This document shows, in pieces, positions 1 through 12,760 of a stretch of 64,000 bases of DNA. Both the position numbers and the translations under genes were made by a program. The notes beneath the pieces are model-generated. The model had not been told where the DNA came from and made no database searches. It saw nothing but the letters and a program-made list of their open reading frames with translations. Position 1 is the stretch's first letter. Every line of letters starts with the position of its first letter. Source of the DNA: Hemiscyllium ocellatum (taxonomy: Eukaryota); NCBI RefSeq assembly GCF_020745735.1, contig NC_083409.1, positions 17,752,341 through 17,816,340 of the forward strand, in the 5' to 3' direction.

Positions 1-589
1 AGATTTACATAGGCCTCCTTCTGTATCTCTCCACCGAAACCCATCAACATATTTTTTTTTTGATCACTTGTATTCCCAGCTTCTTCTTGAATTCATCTGT
101 TGTTTGCTTCAATTATTCCTGGTGGTTTAATTTTGACCTCAAACCTCTTTCTGGGTAAAGACCTTCCCCACCAGCCCCCACCTCCTCCCCAGCAAATTCC
201 CTGTTGGATGTAATAGTGACTACAATTGTATCCACAGCTCCAGTGGATAGTGTCATTCACAAGCAGAAATATCTTTTCTATGTCAACCCTATCAAACCCC
301 GACATAACTTTAATGGCCTCGACCATGATACTCTTTTTCAACAAGACAAGACTGTCCAATCTTGCTTGATGGATTCAAATTCAGTTTTGATATAATTCCA
401 GTAAATATTTTTAATATATTCCCTACTGCCTCTACATCCATATTACAATGGATCAGAACTGTTTGCAGTGCTCCAAGGGTGATCTGTTCATGGTTCTACA
501 CATATCTAACACATCTCCATTCTGTAGCCCCAGAAATAAACCCATGCTCAACTTTTCTTTGTAACCTGATGAACCGGTATCATTTACTG

Positions 590-1230
590 CTAGTGACTCA
601 TTTTTATCACCAAATTCCTCACCATCAACATTCTGGGGGGTTACTATTGACTAGAAATTGAACTGGACTTGCCATCTGACTACTGTGGCTACAAGAGAAG
701 GTCAGAGGCAATGAATCCTGCAAAAATAAACCACCTCCCGAATCCCTGAAGCCTGTCCACCATCTACAATCCTCAAGTCAGAAGTGCAATAGACTATTCG
801 CCACTTGGCTTGGTTTGGGTGCAGCTCCAAGAACACTCAAGAAGCTTGACGTCAGCTGGAAAAAGCAGACTGCATTCACTCCCTCCACCACTAATGCCCA
901 GGGCAGCAGTGTGTACTATCAACAAGATACACTGCAGAAATTCATAACACTTCAATATGGATCTTACAAACCCATGACAGTACCATCTCGAAGTCAAGGG
1001 AAGCAGATTCATGGGAACACCGCCACCTACAGGTTCCCTTCCAAGCTACTACCATCTTGAGTTGTAAATCTTTCAGCTGTCCTTAAGTGTCATTGGGCCA
1101 AAATTCTGGAACTCCCTCCCAACAGCACGACCAGTCGGCCTACATGGACTGCAGTGATTCAAAAAGGGAGCTCACAGCCACCTTCTCAAGGGCATTAGAA
1201 TTAGACAATAAATGTTCGCACAGCCAGTGA
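590..1230 (+). mobile_element. Decayed LINE RT C-terminal fragment (CR1/L2-related shark LINE)
   Basis: Broken frames read like ...STFWGLLLTRN.., YNPQVRSAIDYSPL and MGAAPRTLKKLD (ORF 815-1060), typical of the 3' end of shark LINE ORF2. Boundaries approximate. Confidence 0.6.
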
Positions 1231-1948
1231 CATCCACATTCCATAAATTAATTCATTAATTAACGTTGACTCCTTCCTTCCACAGCACCCCCATCCATAT
1301 ATCCCTGCGCTTCTCAAACACAAGGCCTTGAGTAGCATGTGGTAACCCACAAGGAGGCCGAAGCCACATTTAGGAATCTCTTGAGGCCCTGAGCCATGCT
1401 CAGCAAGGGGTGGTCCTGAATGAACAATAATCCCCAGCGATTCACTCACCGCAGGCAACAGTGAAACCATCAGTTGCCAACTTTTTCACAAAGAGGTTGA
1501 GTCGGACATAGAATGAACGGCCAGCGGAAGTGGGAGATGCAAGTACAGTTACAATATTCAAAAGGCATTTGGAGAGGGACACGAATAGGAAAGGTTGAGG
1601 AATATGGGTCAAATGCAGGCTAATTGGACTAGTTTAGTTTGGGAAATTTGGTTGGCATGGACGAGTTGGACCGAAGGGTCCGTTTCCATGTCGTATGACT
1701 CTGATTCCATTCCTTTCAGCCACAGTGGCATTTTGCAATTTCCCCAACGTATGGTGTAATTGAACAAGTCAATGGAGGTTTTTGGCACCAGGACCACAGT
1801 ACTCTGTTGGGAAGGTGTTGAGTCGGAGTTGCAATTTAGTGGGCATTTAATAAACAAAATACAGAAGAAATATATAAGGAAATTACTGCAGATGATGGAA
1901 TCTGTACTGAAAACAACAAATGCTGGAGCTCACAGCAGATGAGGCAGC

Positions 1949-2052
1949 ATCCATGGAGACTGAGCAAGCTAACATTGAGTCGAGATGACTCTATCAGAGC
2001 TCTGATGAGGAGTCATCTCGACTCCAAATGTGAGCTTGCTCTCTCCATGGAT
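1949..2052. mobile_element. Palindromic non-autonomous Penelope-derived element (long hairpin, degenerate hammerhead core)
   Basis: GAGTCGAGATGACTC (1977-1991) and its exact reverse complement (2010-2024) flank the palindrome TCAGAGCTCTGA; outer arms atccatggaga..agcaagct / agcttgct..tctccatggat; CTGATGA core with GAAA mutated to CAAA. Confidence 0.6.
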
Positions 2053-2074
2053 TTTTAAAAATAATATGTTTATG

Positions 2075-2380
2075 GGATGAGGGTGTCACTGACTAGGCAG
2101 CATTTATTGCCCATCCCTAACTGCCCACAGGGCAGTTCAGAGTCAACCTCATTGCTGTGTGTCTGGAGTAGGCCAAACTAGGCAAGGATGGTAGTTTCCT
2201 ACCTAAATGATTTTAGTGAACCAGATGGGTTTTTCCCAACAATCGACCAAGGATTCATAGTCATTTGATTCTTAATTCCAGATATTTATTGAATTCAAAT
2301 CGGACCCAGTTCTCCGGGATGTTATCTGGATCTCTGGATTAACAGTCCAGCAATAATACCACTGGGCCATCACCTCCCCA
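2075..2380 (-). mobile_element. DeuSINE (SacSINE1-like) shark SINE
   Basis: Minus strand has a tRNA-like head ggggaggtgatggcccagtggtattattgctggactgttaatccagag, a Deu-like core and tail gggcaataaatgctgcctag. Confidence 0.6.
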
Positions 2381-2480
2381 CTGTGATCTCCAGTATTTGT
2401 TGTTTTCAGTACTCAAGAGATATGTTTTGGATTAATATTGTACTATGTAAAAGCATCCACAGCGAACATAAATAGCCCAC

Positions 2481-2603
2481 CTCCGATCATGATATTTGAG
2501 TCTGGATGACTCAGTCAGACTGTCTAATAAAGTGGAGTTACGCATTTTAGTGTCTGGCAGTTTCTCTGCAGATCCACCTGGTGTTGGGCTGCACTCGTTC
2601 TTT
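2481..2603 (-). CDS. CEP350: CEP350-like coding exon (123 nt, human exon ~21 equivalent)
   Basis: Acceptor tttgtttcatcgtag, donor AG|gtgggc; reads (R)KNECSPTPGGSAEKLPDTKMRNSTLLDSLTESSRLKYHDR(R); phase 2 to phase 2. Confidence 0.8.
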
Positions 2604-3890
2604 CTACGATGAAACAAAGAAAGAAACAACGATCAGCTACTTCTAGCTAAGTCTCTGGATTCAATTCCACCACAGCCAAAGCAGTTTCTTTTTTAATTGA
2701 AACAATTGTTTCAGTGATGGACATCTCAGCAAGCTCATCATCTCCTGTCTCAGTTCAATGGAAAATGGGATCAATACTGCAACACCTACTGTCCCTTGAA
2801 CAGACTATCAGCTAATCTGACTTTACAATCTTGTTCTTTGACAGGTTGCAACAGGTTTTGCACAAGGGAGCGTGCAGACAGGACAAACTTCAATTATATT
2901 CAACACAAGCAAAGGCAATTCAGTTCAAATGAGATGGGTTAATTGAGATCAGGCCTCAGGTCAGGATACAAAATAGTCAAGTTTGGAATTTCCAGAGACC
3001 ATCAAGATTGTACATTCAATTACTGAAGTTTGTCTCATGTTTCTTTCCGAATCAACACTTCTGGAGCCGGTAGGATTTATCCAGGCCTCTGGCTCAAAGT
3101 TGGAGACATGACCACAGCATCACAAGAGCACTTTGTTTTAGACTGAGTAACTTGTGGGATAATTTGCCCAATTATCTTACTAATCTGGAAGATACTGTTA
3201 CCATCCCAAAGGTGGGAAAAAAGCAAGGTATATAATGGGAGGTAAGATGTTATAACAGTCTCTATCACAAGGGACAAAGTATCTTCCAGCAGTTTTTTGC
3301 TCATCCTTCGATAGTTTGAAATTCTCAAATTTTCTGGCCTACCACCACCTTTGCAGTTTTGTATATCTTTTCTTTCAATTTGATGTCACCCACAATTCCT
3401 TTAGCTATGCCCCGCTGTTGGCACCTTTTCATTGTACATTTCTTTTATAAATAAATGTACATTGTTGAGAATTATGAAATAACTGAATAGGTTCTTCTGC
3501 TTTAACATTCTAACCTCTCGTCCCATTCCCATTTAGCTCACTATTACTTTATACCCTTGTGACTGCCTTTAACTTTAGACACTAGTTCAAGAACCAAATT
3601 CCTTCACCTAAAGCTAAATTCTATTATGCTGCATTGAATCTTACCAAAAGGGTCTTTAATTTTGAACTCATTAATCAATCATATTACCAAGTCCCTGACT
3701 GGTTCAAGAACAAAATGTTTGAAGAAACTGTACAGAGCAGTCTACCTCAAATTGCTGCAGAAGGTAAGAGTGCACAATACTATTTTAACTAACAGAGTGC
3801 CTTCTGAATAACAGGATTCTGTTAGACCCCCAAAATTACTCTGACCATAGAATAGAATAGAATTCCTACAGTGTGGAAACAGGCCCTTCG

Positions 3891-5280
3891 AAGTCTGGTT
3901 GAAGATTTGTAGCTCAGGTGTCCGTTGTTGTGGTTCTGTTCGCCGAGCTGGAAGTTTTTGCTGCAAACGTTTCGTTCCCTTGCTAGGGAACATCATCAGT
4001 GCTATTGGAGCCTCCTGTGAAGCGCTGCTTTGATGTTTCTTCCGGTATTTATAGTGGTTTGTTCTTGCCGCTTCCGGGTGTCAGTTTCAGCTGTAGTAGT
4101 TTGTATGTGGGGCGTTCTCTCTACTAACACGTCTAGGAATGGGAGTTGGCTATCCTTTTCCTCTTTTCTCGTGAATCGTATTCCTGTGAGTGTGGCATTG
4201 ATGATTCGGTGTGTTTTTTCTATTTCTGTGTTTTTGATGATTACAAATGTGTCATTGACGTATCTGATCCAGAGTTTGGGTTGGATTTGTGGTAGGGATG
4301 TACGTTCTAACCTTTGCATAACCAACGGAGAATTCACCACAAGGGTACACAGGAAACCAACACACACAGACCAAGTCCTAAACTATGAAAGTAACCACCC
4401 CAACACACACAAACGAAGCTGCACCAGGACACTATTCAAAAGAGCCACAACACACTGCAGTACACCAGAACTGCGAAAAGAGGAAGAGGAACACCTATAC
4501 AAGGTATTCGCCAAAAACGGATACCCACGCAACTTTATCACCAGATGCCTAAGAGATAGACCACGGAATGAGGACATGCCACAATCAAAAGGACTAGCCA
4601 CACTACCATACGTCAGGAGCGTCTCAGAACTGACAGCCAGACTACTGCGACCCTTAGGACTCATAACAGCACACAAGCCAACTTCCACACTCAGACAACA
4701 ACTCACTAGAACGAAGGACCCAATAGCCAGCATGAGCCAAACTAACGTAGTTTACAAAATACCATGCAAGGACTGCACAAAAGACTATATAGGACAAACA
4801 GGAAGACAGCTAACAATCCGCATCCATGAACATCAGCTAGCCACAAAACGACACGACCAGCTATCCCTAGTAGCCATACACTCAGACAACCAGGAACATG
4901 AATTTGACTGGGAAAACACTACCATCATAGGACAAGCCAGACAGAGAACAGCCAGGGAATTCCTAGAGGCATGGCATTCATCCACAAACTCCATTAACAG
5001 ACACATAGACTTGGACCCCATATACAAACCACTACAGCTGAAACTGACACCCGGAAACGGCAAAAAGATCCATCAACAGACACATCAACCACGACCCCAC
5101 ATACAAACTACTACAGCTGAAACTGACACCCGGAAGCGGCAAGAACAAACCACTATAAATACCGGAAGAAACATCAAAGCAGCGCTTCACAGGAGGCTCC
5201 AATAGCACTGATGATGTTCCCTAGCCAGGGAACGAAACGTTTGCAGCAAAAACTTCCAGTTCGGCGAACAGAACCACAAC
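3891..5280 (+). mobile_element. Penelope-like element (Penelope/Poseidon type), 5'-truncated with inversion and inverted pseudo-LTRs
   Basis: Plus ORF encodes RT thumb (RKPTHTDQVLNYESNHP) and GIY-YIG (VVYKIPCKDCTKDYIGQTGRQLTIRIHEH); minus 4113-4320 encodes the RT palm (WIRYVNDTF..LPFLDVLV); 189-bp inverted repeats 3924-4112 / 5095-5283; flanking direct repeat aacaggcccttcg at 3878-3890 and 5281-5293. Confidence 0.9.
5205..5243 (+). ncRNA. Minimal hammerhead ribozyme motif in Penelope pseudo-LTR (second copy on minus strand at 3962-4002)
   Basis: gca CTGATGA t gttccct-agcc-agggaac GAAAC GTT tgc: conserved core, 7-bp stem II, 3-bp stem I, palindromic stem III as in dimer-type PLE hammerheads. 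Confidence 0.7.
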
Positions 5281-5760
5281 AACAGGCCCTTCGGCCCAAC
5301 AAATCCACATCAACCCTCTGAAGAGTATCCCAACCAAGCCTATCCCTTAACACTATTACTCAACATTTACCCCTGACTAATGCACCAAACCTGCACATCC
5401 CTGAACACTATTGGCAATTTAGCACGGCCAATTCACCTCACCTGCACATCTTTGGATTGTGGGAGAAAATCGGAGCACTCAGAGGAAACCCATGCAGATC
5501 CGGGAGAATGTGCAAACTCCACACGGACAGTCATCTGAGGCTGGAGTCACCTGGGTGCATGGCGCTGTGAGGCAGCAGTGTTAAACACTGAGCCACCTCC
5601 TTTTTCCTAAAAGACTGAGTGCATTGATCCTGCCTCTCCTGATCACAGATAATAGCGAAAACATCAAAAACAGTGCATCGCATCAAGCAACAAGCCTTAG
5701 GTTATTAAGCCAAGAAGCTTAATATTATTGATCAGGTTTGGGACAGTGTAAAAATCTTAC

Positions 5761-5921
5761 CTGTCAGGTTCAGTTCTGGTTCGAAGTTGGTTCATGAAGT
5801 CTGAATGTTGCTGCCTCTGTTGGTCCAGCAGCACTGTCACTGGCACAGGAGCTGTTCCATGAGGTGGGTTTGTGGCAGTCAGAGATCCTGCTGCAACCTG
5901 CGCACATGCCAACTCAGTCAT
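5761..5921 (-). CDS. CEP350: CEP350-like coding exon (161 nt, exon ~20 equivalent)
   Basis: Acceptor ttcttgctggtttag, donor AG|gtaaga; MTELACAQVAAGSLTATNPPHGTAPVPVTVLLDQQRQQHSDFMNQLRTRTEPD(R); phase 0 to 2. Confidence 0.85.
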
Positions 5922-6189
5922 CTAAACCAGCAAGAATTAGCACAGCACAGGTTAGAAGACAACTTGGATCACATCTTGCTTTTGAAATCAGAGGCCCCTA
6001 CTCAACCCATCGCATGTGTGCCGCCTCTTTGGAATAGCTATTTGGCTAGACCCCTGCTCTCACAATATTGCAAGTAATTTATTTTTGCAAGTATTCAAAT
6101 TAATTCTGGAACTAATCCTGAATCAGCTGCCACCTCCTTTCCAGATGCTCCCAGCTCTTCTGTGAAACAGCAAAAACCAATGAGAACAT

Positions 6190-7480
6190 CATTAAAATTG
6201 AAGCATCCAGTGTTAAAAAATTCACATGCTCCGTCATTGGGATATGATGGGCTTTTTTCATAATGCTGAGCAAAATCTTATTTGAGGCAAAAAGGAGAAC
6301 TCTAAGAGAAAGGTGAACCACCCGTGGGTAACAAAGGCAGTCAAGGACAGTACCCACAAGGAAAAGAACGACACAGCAGCGGCGGACGAAAAAGGAAAAA
6401 AAAATTGATCATGAAATTAAACTGACAAGATACAAAAATGAATGGCAAAAGTTTCTCCAGGTATGTAAAAAGTGAGTAGCTAATGTGAGCATCGAACCCT
6501 TGGAGGTTCTGATTCGGGAATTGATAATGTATACAGGGAAAACAGCAGATAATTTAAACCAATATTTTACATTGCTCTTCATGGAGGAGAATACCGTTAT
6601 CATCCCAAAGATAGCAAAAAGCAAGGTATTCGTGGGAGGACAAATGCTACAACAGTCTTTGTCACAAAGGACAAAGTAATAACAAACTAATAGGATTAAA
6701 GGCAGACAGGACCTAATGGCCTGTATCAAACATTTTGTTAAGGCAACTGGCTGCAGAGATATTCAAGGCATCAATTGAATTATTCCCGAATCAGTGGATA
6801 CAGGGAGCTTCCAGTGGATTGATGCGCCTGTTCAAGAAAGGAGGGAGACAGAAATCAGGAAAGTTAGTTTAATATCTGTTTTGGCAGAACAGCAGAGTTG
6901 ATTATTAAAGGAAGAAATAGCAGGACATTTGGAAAAGCTTATCATTAAACATGGTAGACTGGATTTTGTGAAAGGGAACTATATTTGACAAATTTGCTAG
7001 AGTTCATTAAGGAGATAAGAAGTAGGGCTGATAAAGGAGAATCTGATGATGTTCTGTATTTGGATTTTAAAAATGCATTTGATAAGGTGCTACATAAAAG
7101 TTAATTGCACAAGATAGGAGCTCACGACATCGGGGGTCATGTATTAGCATGGACTGAGGATTGGTTAACCACAATGGCTGTTGCTGAGACCTCACTTGGA
7201 GTACTGTATACAATGTTTGCTTTCACATTTAAGAAAGGATAAACTAGCATTGGAGGCCACTCAAAAAAAGATTCATTTAGTTGCTTCGTGGATGAAAAGG
7301 TTGGTCTGTCAAGAATAGGTTAGGTCATTATTCAATAGAGTCTGGACAAATAATGGGTGATCTTATGGAAACAATGTTCTGAGGAGCTTGACAGGGGTTG
7401 GTGTTGACTAGATGTTCGAGTACCAGTGAAGTCTCAACCCAGGGGACATTACAGAAGGGAACATTCGTTTTTTAAAAAAT
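6190..7480 (+). mobile_element. Decayed CR1 LINE RT fragment
   Basis: Broken CR1 motifs (plfkkggr, y.df..afdkv.h, dlih.eyc.q). Boundaries approximate. Confidence 0.65.
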
Positions 7481-8700
7481 AAAGATTTTTTTCTCTTTCA
7501 GTGAATGGCTGGGATTCTCTTGCCCAAAAAATTGTGACAGCTAAATGGGGTAGGGGAATGGGTCTGGTGGGTTACTCTTCGGAGGGTGGGTGTGGAATTG
7601 CTCAGCTGAAGCAATGATGCTATGATGCTATATCAAATTATTTTAAAAGAGGGTAGATAGAATTTTGAAATATTAACCAGTTGAGGGCTATGAGGATCAA
7701 GCATAAAAGACAAGTTGAGGCCTGGTTTGGCCCAGCCATGATCTGATAGAATGGGGGAGCAAGCTCAAGGGAACGAATACCCTACTCATGCTCCGATTCC
7801 TTGAGGCTCCATTTCATGCTTTCTTTTCTCCAAAGGGGAGCATGAGACAATGTGTTAAAAGATCTCAGACGTTGTGAAAAGGAGTGAAAATGGGGTGTTT
7901 ATGTGTTGATTCCGATGGCATTAACCAATCAATCACAGCTATGCAGTCATGAATACGAAGGCAATTCCCTCCATGAATAAAGGAAACCTACTACAGAGCT
8001 CATCTAACGGGAATTCTTACCTTCAGTAAACTCTTCCATCACATGACCCAAAATTGCACCCTCAGCTGTTTACTTATTTGTTCACTTCCAGACATGACTA
8101 TTCCAATGTTCTCTTGACTGAACTTTCATCAACTTCAACATATTCAAAAGCTCCACTTACTGCACCCTCTTTCCAAGCCCCTTTTACCCACGATCCTTGT
8201 ACTTGCTGATTCATGACTTGCCAACAGCTTCAGTATAAGAAGTCCTGTCCTTCCGGACATATTTTTCCTTTCTATCTCTGCAATTTCCTTCAATCCTCGA
8301 AACTTTTGAAGTGTCTATGTTCTCCATTTTAGCATTTTCATTTTCACCACCCCAGCTCAGCACTGAAGCTTTCAGCTGCATGGTCATCAGCTATGCAACT
8401 CTGTCCTAACGCAGCTCAAATAGTAACATTTTCTTCCTTTCCAACATTCTATCTCACCTATTTCTTTGACCAAGCATTTGGTCATCTTTCTTAATATCAT
8501 ATGGTATGCTGTTAAGCTTTGCCCTGCTCTTCCTTGACAGTTTACTACATTCGAGGAATGAAATAATTTCAAACTGCAGTGACAATTAACTCAATGCAGC
8601 AATTGTATGAGAGAAATTCCTTCAAAACTCCAGAAAGTACTGGCTCTTCAGCATGACTGGGGGAAAGGGCCATCTTGCCAAGTACACTAGAAGAAAGTAC

Positions 8701-8832
8701 CTCTGTGACCTGACGTGCTGTATCAGCCATCAGCCTTGCAAGTTCCACCTGCTGAGTGATCAATTTAGTTGTGGACTCTTGCAGCATCTCTTGGCGAACC
8801 TGTACAAACTGCTGCAGACTTTCTGCACATGC
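8701..8832 (-). CDS. CEP350: CEP350-like coding exon (132 nt, exon ~19 equivalent)
   Basis: Acceptor ctctttgtgttctcag, donor GAG|gtactt; ACAESLQQFVQVRQEMLQESTTKLITQQVELARLMADTARQVTE; phase 0 to 0. Confidence 0.85.
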
Positions 8833-9384
8833 CTGAGAACACAAAGAGAGGTTTTCACGTCCAGCAATTGATAATTCAGATACTTTAATCAAGAGACAAA
8901 GCACTATTAAAATGCAATGTGAAATTGACTTATGATCCAGTAAGCACACTGCTCACATGTTTCATCATGCAACTTTAGCTCACTGACACGGCTTCTGTTT
9001 TACAATCAAGCTTTTAAGCCTTTCCCTCTCCTCCAACGTCACATATAAGCACAGTAACCTAGTCATAGTGTGATTTTGTTTTTTTGATTTCCAGTATTTG
9101 CAGTTCTTTGGTTTTTTTTTTAATTTAACCTGGTCATGGTATTGCGAGATTGTTTCCATGATGGGGAGATGTATTCAACCTTAAAACTAAAAACCAGACC
9201 ATGCAGAACTGAAAAATCAGGAATTAATTATTTAATTCATTCTCAGGATGTAGATATCCCTGACACTGACTGTCCAACCATAACTGGCATTAAAAGGTGA
9301 AAGTTAGTGATCTTCTTAAACCACGGCAACCCATGTGGCTGCAAGATACTCCCAATGTATGTCAGACCATTGTAGGCAGCAAAG

Positions 9385-9880
9385 GAAGAGCAACATAATT
9401 TAATGTCATAACTATATGCGGCATTCCCAGGCACTGGAATGGAGGCCTTGCTTTATGAAGAAAGCTTGAATAAGCTTGTATGCTTCTCTCTGGAGAGAAG
9501 GACGAAGAGAGAATACCTGATCGAGGCATAAAGAGAGGAGTAGATAGAGTCAATAGCCAGAGACTTTTCCCCAGGGCAGGATTGACTGGTGCGAGAAGCC
9601 ATAGTTTGAAGATATTAGGAGGAAAGTACAAAGGAAATGTCAGAGGTAGGTTCTTTACGCAGAGAGTTTTAAATGCATGGAATGCTTGCCAGCTGTGGTG
9701 GTGGAAGCAGAGTCATTGGGGATACTTAAGCGACTGCTGGCCATGCACATGGATAGCAGTGAGTTGAGGGGGTGCGCAGGTTAAGTTACTGTATTTTACA
9801 TTAGGATTCAATCTCTGCACAACATCTTGGGCAAAAGGGCCTGTTCTCTGCTGTACTTTTCTATGTTCTATGTTCTATAT
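9385..9880 (+). mobile_element. CR1 LINE 3' end
   Basis: ORF 9480-9767 (RGVDRVNSQRLFP...RGRFFTQRVLNAWN); ends aagggcctgttctctgctgtac with (tatgttc)n tail. Confidence 0.8.
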
Positions 9881-10769
9881 TTGCTGCCCTGTTCTTCCAG
9901 ACAGAATAGGTCATGAGTCCAGATCTGTCAAAGGAGCCTTCAATGAGGTATTGCAGAGCATCTTGTAGATGGTGCACCTTGTTGCTACCGCATACTGATG
10001 ACAGAGGGAATAGGCACTTAAGGGGGTGGACATGATTCAAATCATGCTGATGTTTTGTAATGGATGATGTTGAGCTTCCTGAGTATCGCGAGAACTGCAC
10101 TCCTCCAGGTAAGTGGGGAGTATTCCATCATAATGCTTTCCTAGACCTGTTCATCTCTCAGCTCCATTTCCTCCTTTAAACACTCCTTAAAATCCAACTT
10201 CACCAAAATTTTGAATATCTTGCATGACATAAACTTTTCCATTTGATGCTTTTTTGAAATATTTTGAGATACTTTATTATTTTAAATGCTTTTTTCCAGC
10301 AAATTGCTGTGATGAGATGATACTTTTATTTTGCATGTGTTTTGAGGGATAAGGCTGATGAAAAGCGAAAGGGCTTTTCGGCAAAAACAAATTTAAACTC
10401 AGTTGGATAAGAGAATGAAGAGGCTGATTGTTCTACTCTTGTTCCTATATCCCAATGACAAGTTGTGAATATGCATTCCACAATTCTGGTGATCTCGTGG
10501 TAGGCCATTGCTTGCTAGCATGGTCCTCAACTGAGGAACAATTCAAAAAAAGCTGCAGTCTATTTTTATTGCCATGATCTTTATTGGTCAAGTGGATACT
10601 CCTTACCCTCATGGTTCTACTCTCTCTGTGTGGGTTCTATCAAAGAAATCGCAAATATGGCATCAGAGGCAGTTCTGCGCTGTGTTCCTCAGATGGGGAC
10701 AATCTGAAGCAAAAACTGCCGTTTAAAGAAGCTAACGTTTTCACGGTGTCATTGACATCTTCAGGTCAT

Positions 10770-11130
10770 TGCAAAGTCCTTCTCAGCCAATGGAGTTCTT
10801 TCAAAATATCGTCACGCTGTCCAAGAAGGGCCTTTTGACAAGCTCCTAAAAAGACAGCATCTACAATGGTGAGGAATTCATATTGAGCAGGATAACAGGA
10901 GAGCTCTCTTAGACTTCTTCAAGTATTAAAATGGATCTTCTCTATCCACTGGAATAGAAGATGGGAACTTGCTTTAACGTCTTGCCTGAAAGTGTCATCT
11001 CTAAGAATGCAGCAGTCCTGCTCTAGATTGAGTGCGTATGGTCGGCTTCCATTCAAGTCGAAGCATGGGGCTTGAAACAAAAACGTTTTCATTCAGAGGC
11101 AGTTGCATTCACAATGAGATGAACTGACAT
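10770..11130 (-). mobile_element. DeuSINE-like (AmnSINE/SacSINE related) fragment
   Basis: Pattern cattgcaaagtccttctcagccaatggagttct...ctttaacgtc..tgaaag....tct..gaatgcagca, similar to 57540-57800 and 58540-58690. Confidence 0.45.
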
Positions 11131-12108
11131 TTGTATCACACCTTTATACTATAACATCCCATGGACGTTGACAGGAACATGATTACAAAATATGACAAGT
11201 AGCCACATAAGAAGTGCTCAGATAAAACATAGTTTTTAAGGAGCTTCTTGAAGAAAGACAGAGACACATTCAGGTTCAGTAAACAAATGTCAGTGCCTGG
11301 ATGGTCAATAGTTGAAGGAGCCACTGTCAATCAGACACTAAAATAGACTGCAGCCTTTTTTTGAATTGTTCTTGGGTTGAGGGCTATGCCAGCAAGCAGG
11401 CCTTTATGGCCCACCTCGAGATCACCAGAATTACAGAATGCAAATTCACGACTTGTCATTAAGGCATTAAAACACAGGAGCAAGCTTGCACAAGTAACTA
11501 AGAACAATAGCAAGGATTATTTTGATTAAGATTTCTGACTCTTAAGATACAGAATTCCAAGAGGTAAAAACACAGGAACCTGCAACCTTCCAAACTTACT
11601 CACCCAAATCAAAGTCAGCATGACCTCCCTTTGTCCCACTCCTGTAACCTGCTCCAGCCCTATAACCTCCCTCATCATCTACATTCCTGATGTCATCTTG
11701 TTCAACCCCACTCCATCAAGTTGTGTGTCTCAGTCTTTAGAATTCACTCCTTAAGGTCTTACAATCTGTCCAGGTTTTCTAAAGAATCTCTGAAATGTTA
11801 ACTCTTCTTTCTTCCCACAGATGCTGTTGAGTGTCACCAGCAAACTATGTTTTTGCTTCTAAAACTGTACCTTCTCCTGTCCCCATGGTCTGGGCCTGTC
11901 ATTGATTTTCATGATGACATCTTCATAATGTGCTTTTGTTGAGTGGGGCAGTTTACCGGTGGAACAGAACAGGGCAGGGGTGGGAAGAGGTTTGGCTTCA
12001 ATGTTAAAGGCACTTTATAATTATAATTTGTTTATTCTTATTGCACGGTGAGAAGCAGTCAACACTGAATTATTTGCATTTCCAGACACCTGTTACATGT
12101 TCAAGTAC

Positions 12109-12219
12109 CTGTACAGCTTTCTGTCTGGCCTCCTCTAGCTGCCTCTGACTTGCAGCAGCTTCCTGCTCGGCCTTCAGCTTCAGCAGGGCTATGTCGTGCT
12201 CATGGCTCAGCTGTTGGGC
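12109..12219 (-). CDS. CEP350: CEP350-like coding exon (111 nt, exon ~18 equivalent)
   Basis: Acceptor ctttgtttgtgtccag, donor CAG|gtactt; AQQLSHEHDIALLKLKAEQEAAASQRQLEEARQKAVQ; phase 0 to 0. Confidence 0.9.
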
Positions 12220-12760
12220 CTGGACACAAACAAAGATTAAATAGGAACCATCACTCTACATTCCACTGCTCTGCTCTGTGAAAAACTGGTATTTAAATTT
12301 GCAGTGTCCAGAGAGAGAGAGAGTAACAATTGAAATGCAAAGGCATCAAAATCTTAAGAGTAACAAATGACAAGATTTTAATCAATTAATTTTAATATTG
12401 CAACTTTATAAATAAAAAAAATTTTCTCATAAATCTCATCATAATGGCTCAAATTTTAGAAAGCTGAAATTTCTTGAAAACTTGGCAAGTTTGCCCTGCT
12501 TCTATCAGTCAACTTGGAAAGTGCAGTCATGCGCAGGTTCGATGCTAATATCTGCACATTTAAGATTAGGCATTGTCCTAAATCACAACCCAAGGGTAAG
12601 TAAATTTAATCTCTAGTTTTGGAATAATCTTTGTTTTGCCTGATTTAACTGAAGAACGTTGCTCAGAATGTTGCCTGGTTTGGAAAACGAGCGCAGCCAT
12701 TATCACTTAAGACAATTTCACAAAACCATTTCTGAAAGAGCACAAGGCATAGACCTGTAC

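Larger units (their letters stand above)
3847..5600 (-). mobile_element. HE1-type V-SINE interrupted by the Penelope insertion
   Basis: tRNA-like head (minus: ggaggtggctcagtgtttaacactgctgcctcacagcgcc) at ~5600, V-domain at 5450-5540, CR1-like tail ...gggccgaagggcctgtttccacactgtaggaattctattctattcta split at 3890/5281. Confidence 0.8.

Noticed and set aside
4030-4320. N-terminal part of the 391-aa plus-strand ORF as real protein
   Set aside because: It is the antisense of the inverted pseudo-LTR and RT segment; real coding begins near 4321.
8569-8700. ORF-track extension of the CEP350 exon (VLSSSVLGK...TAV*)
   Set aside because: Intron read-through past a good donor at 8700; similarity resumes in the next exon.
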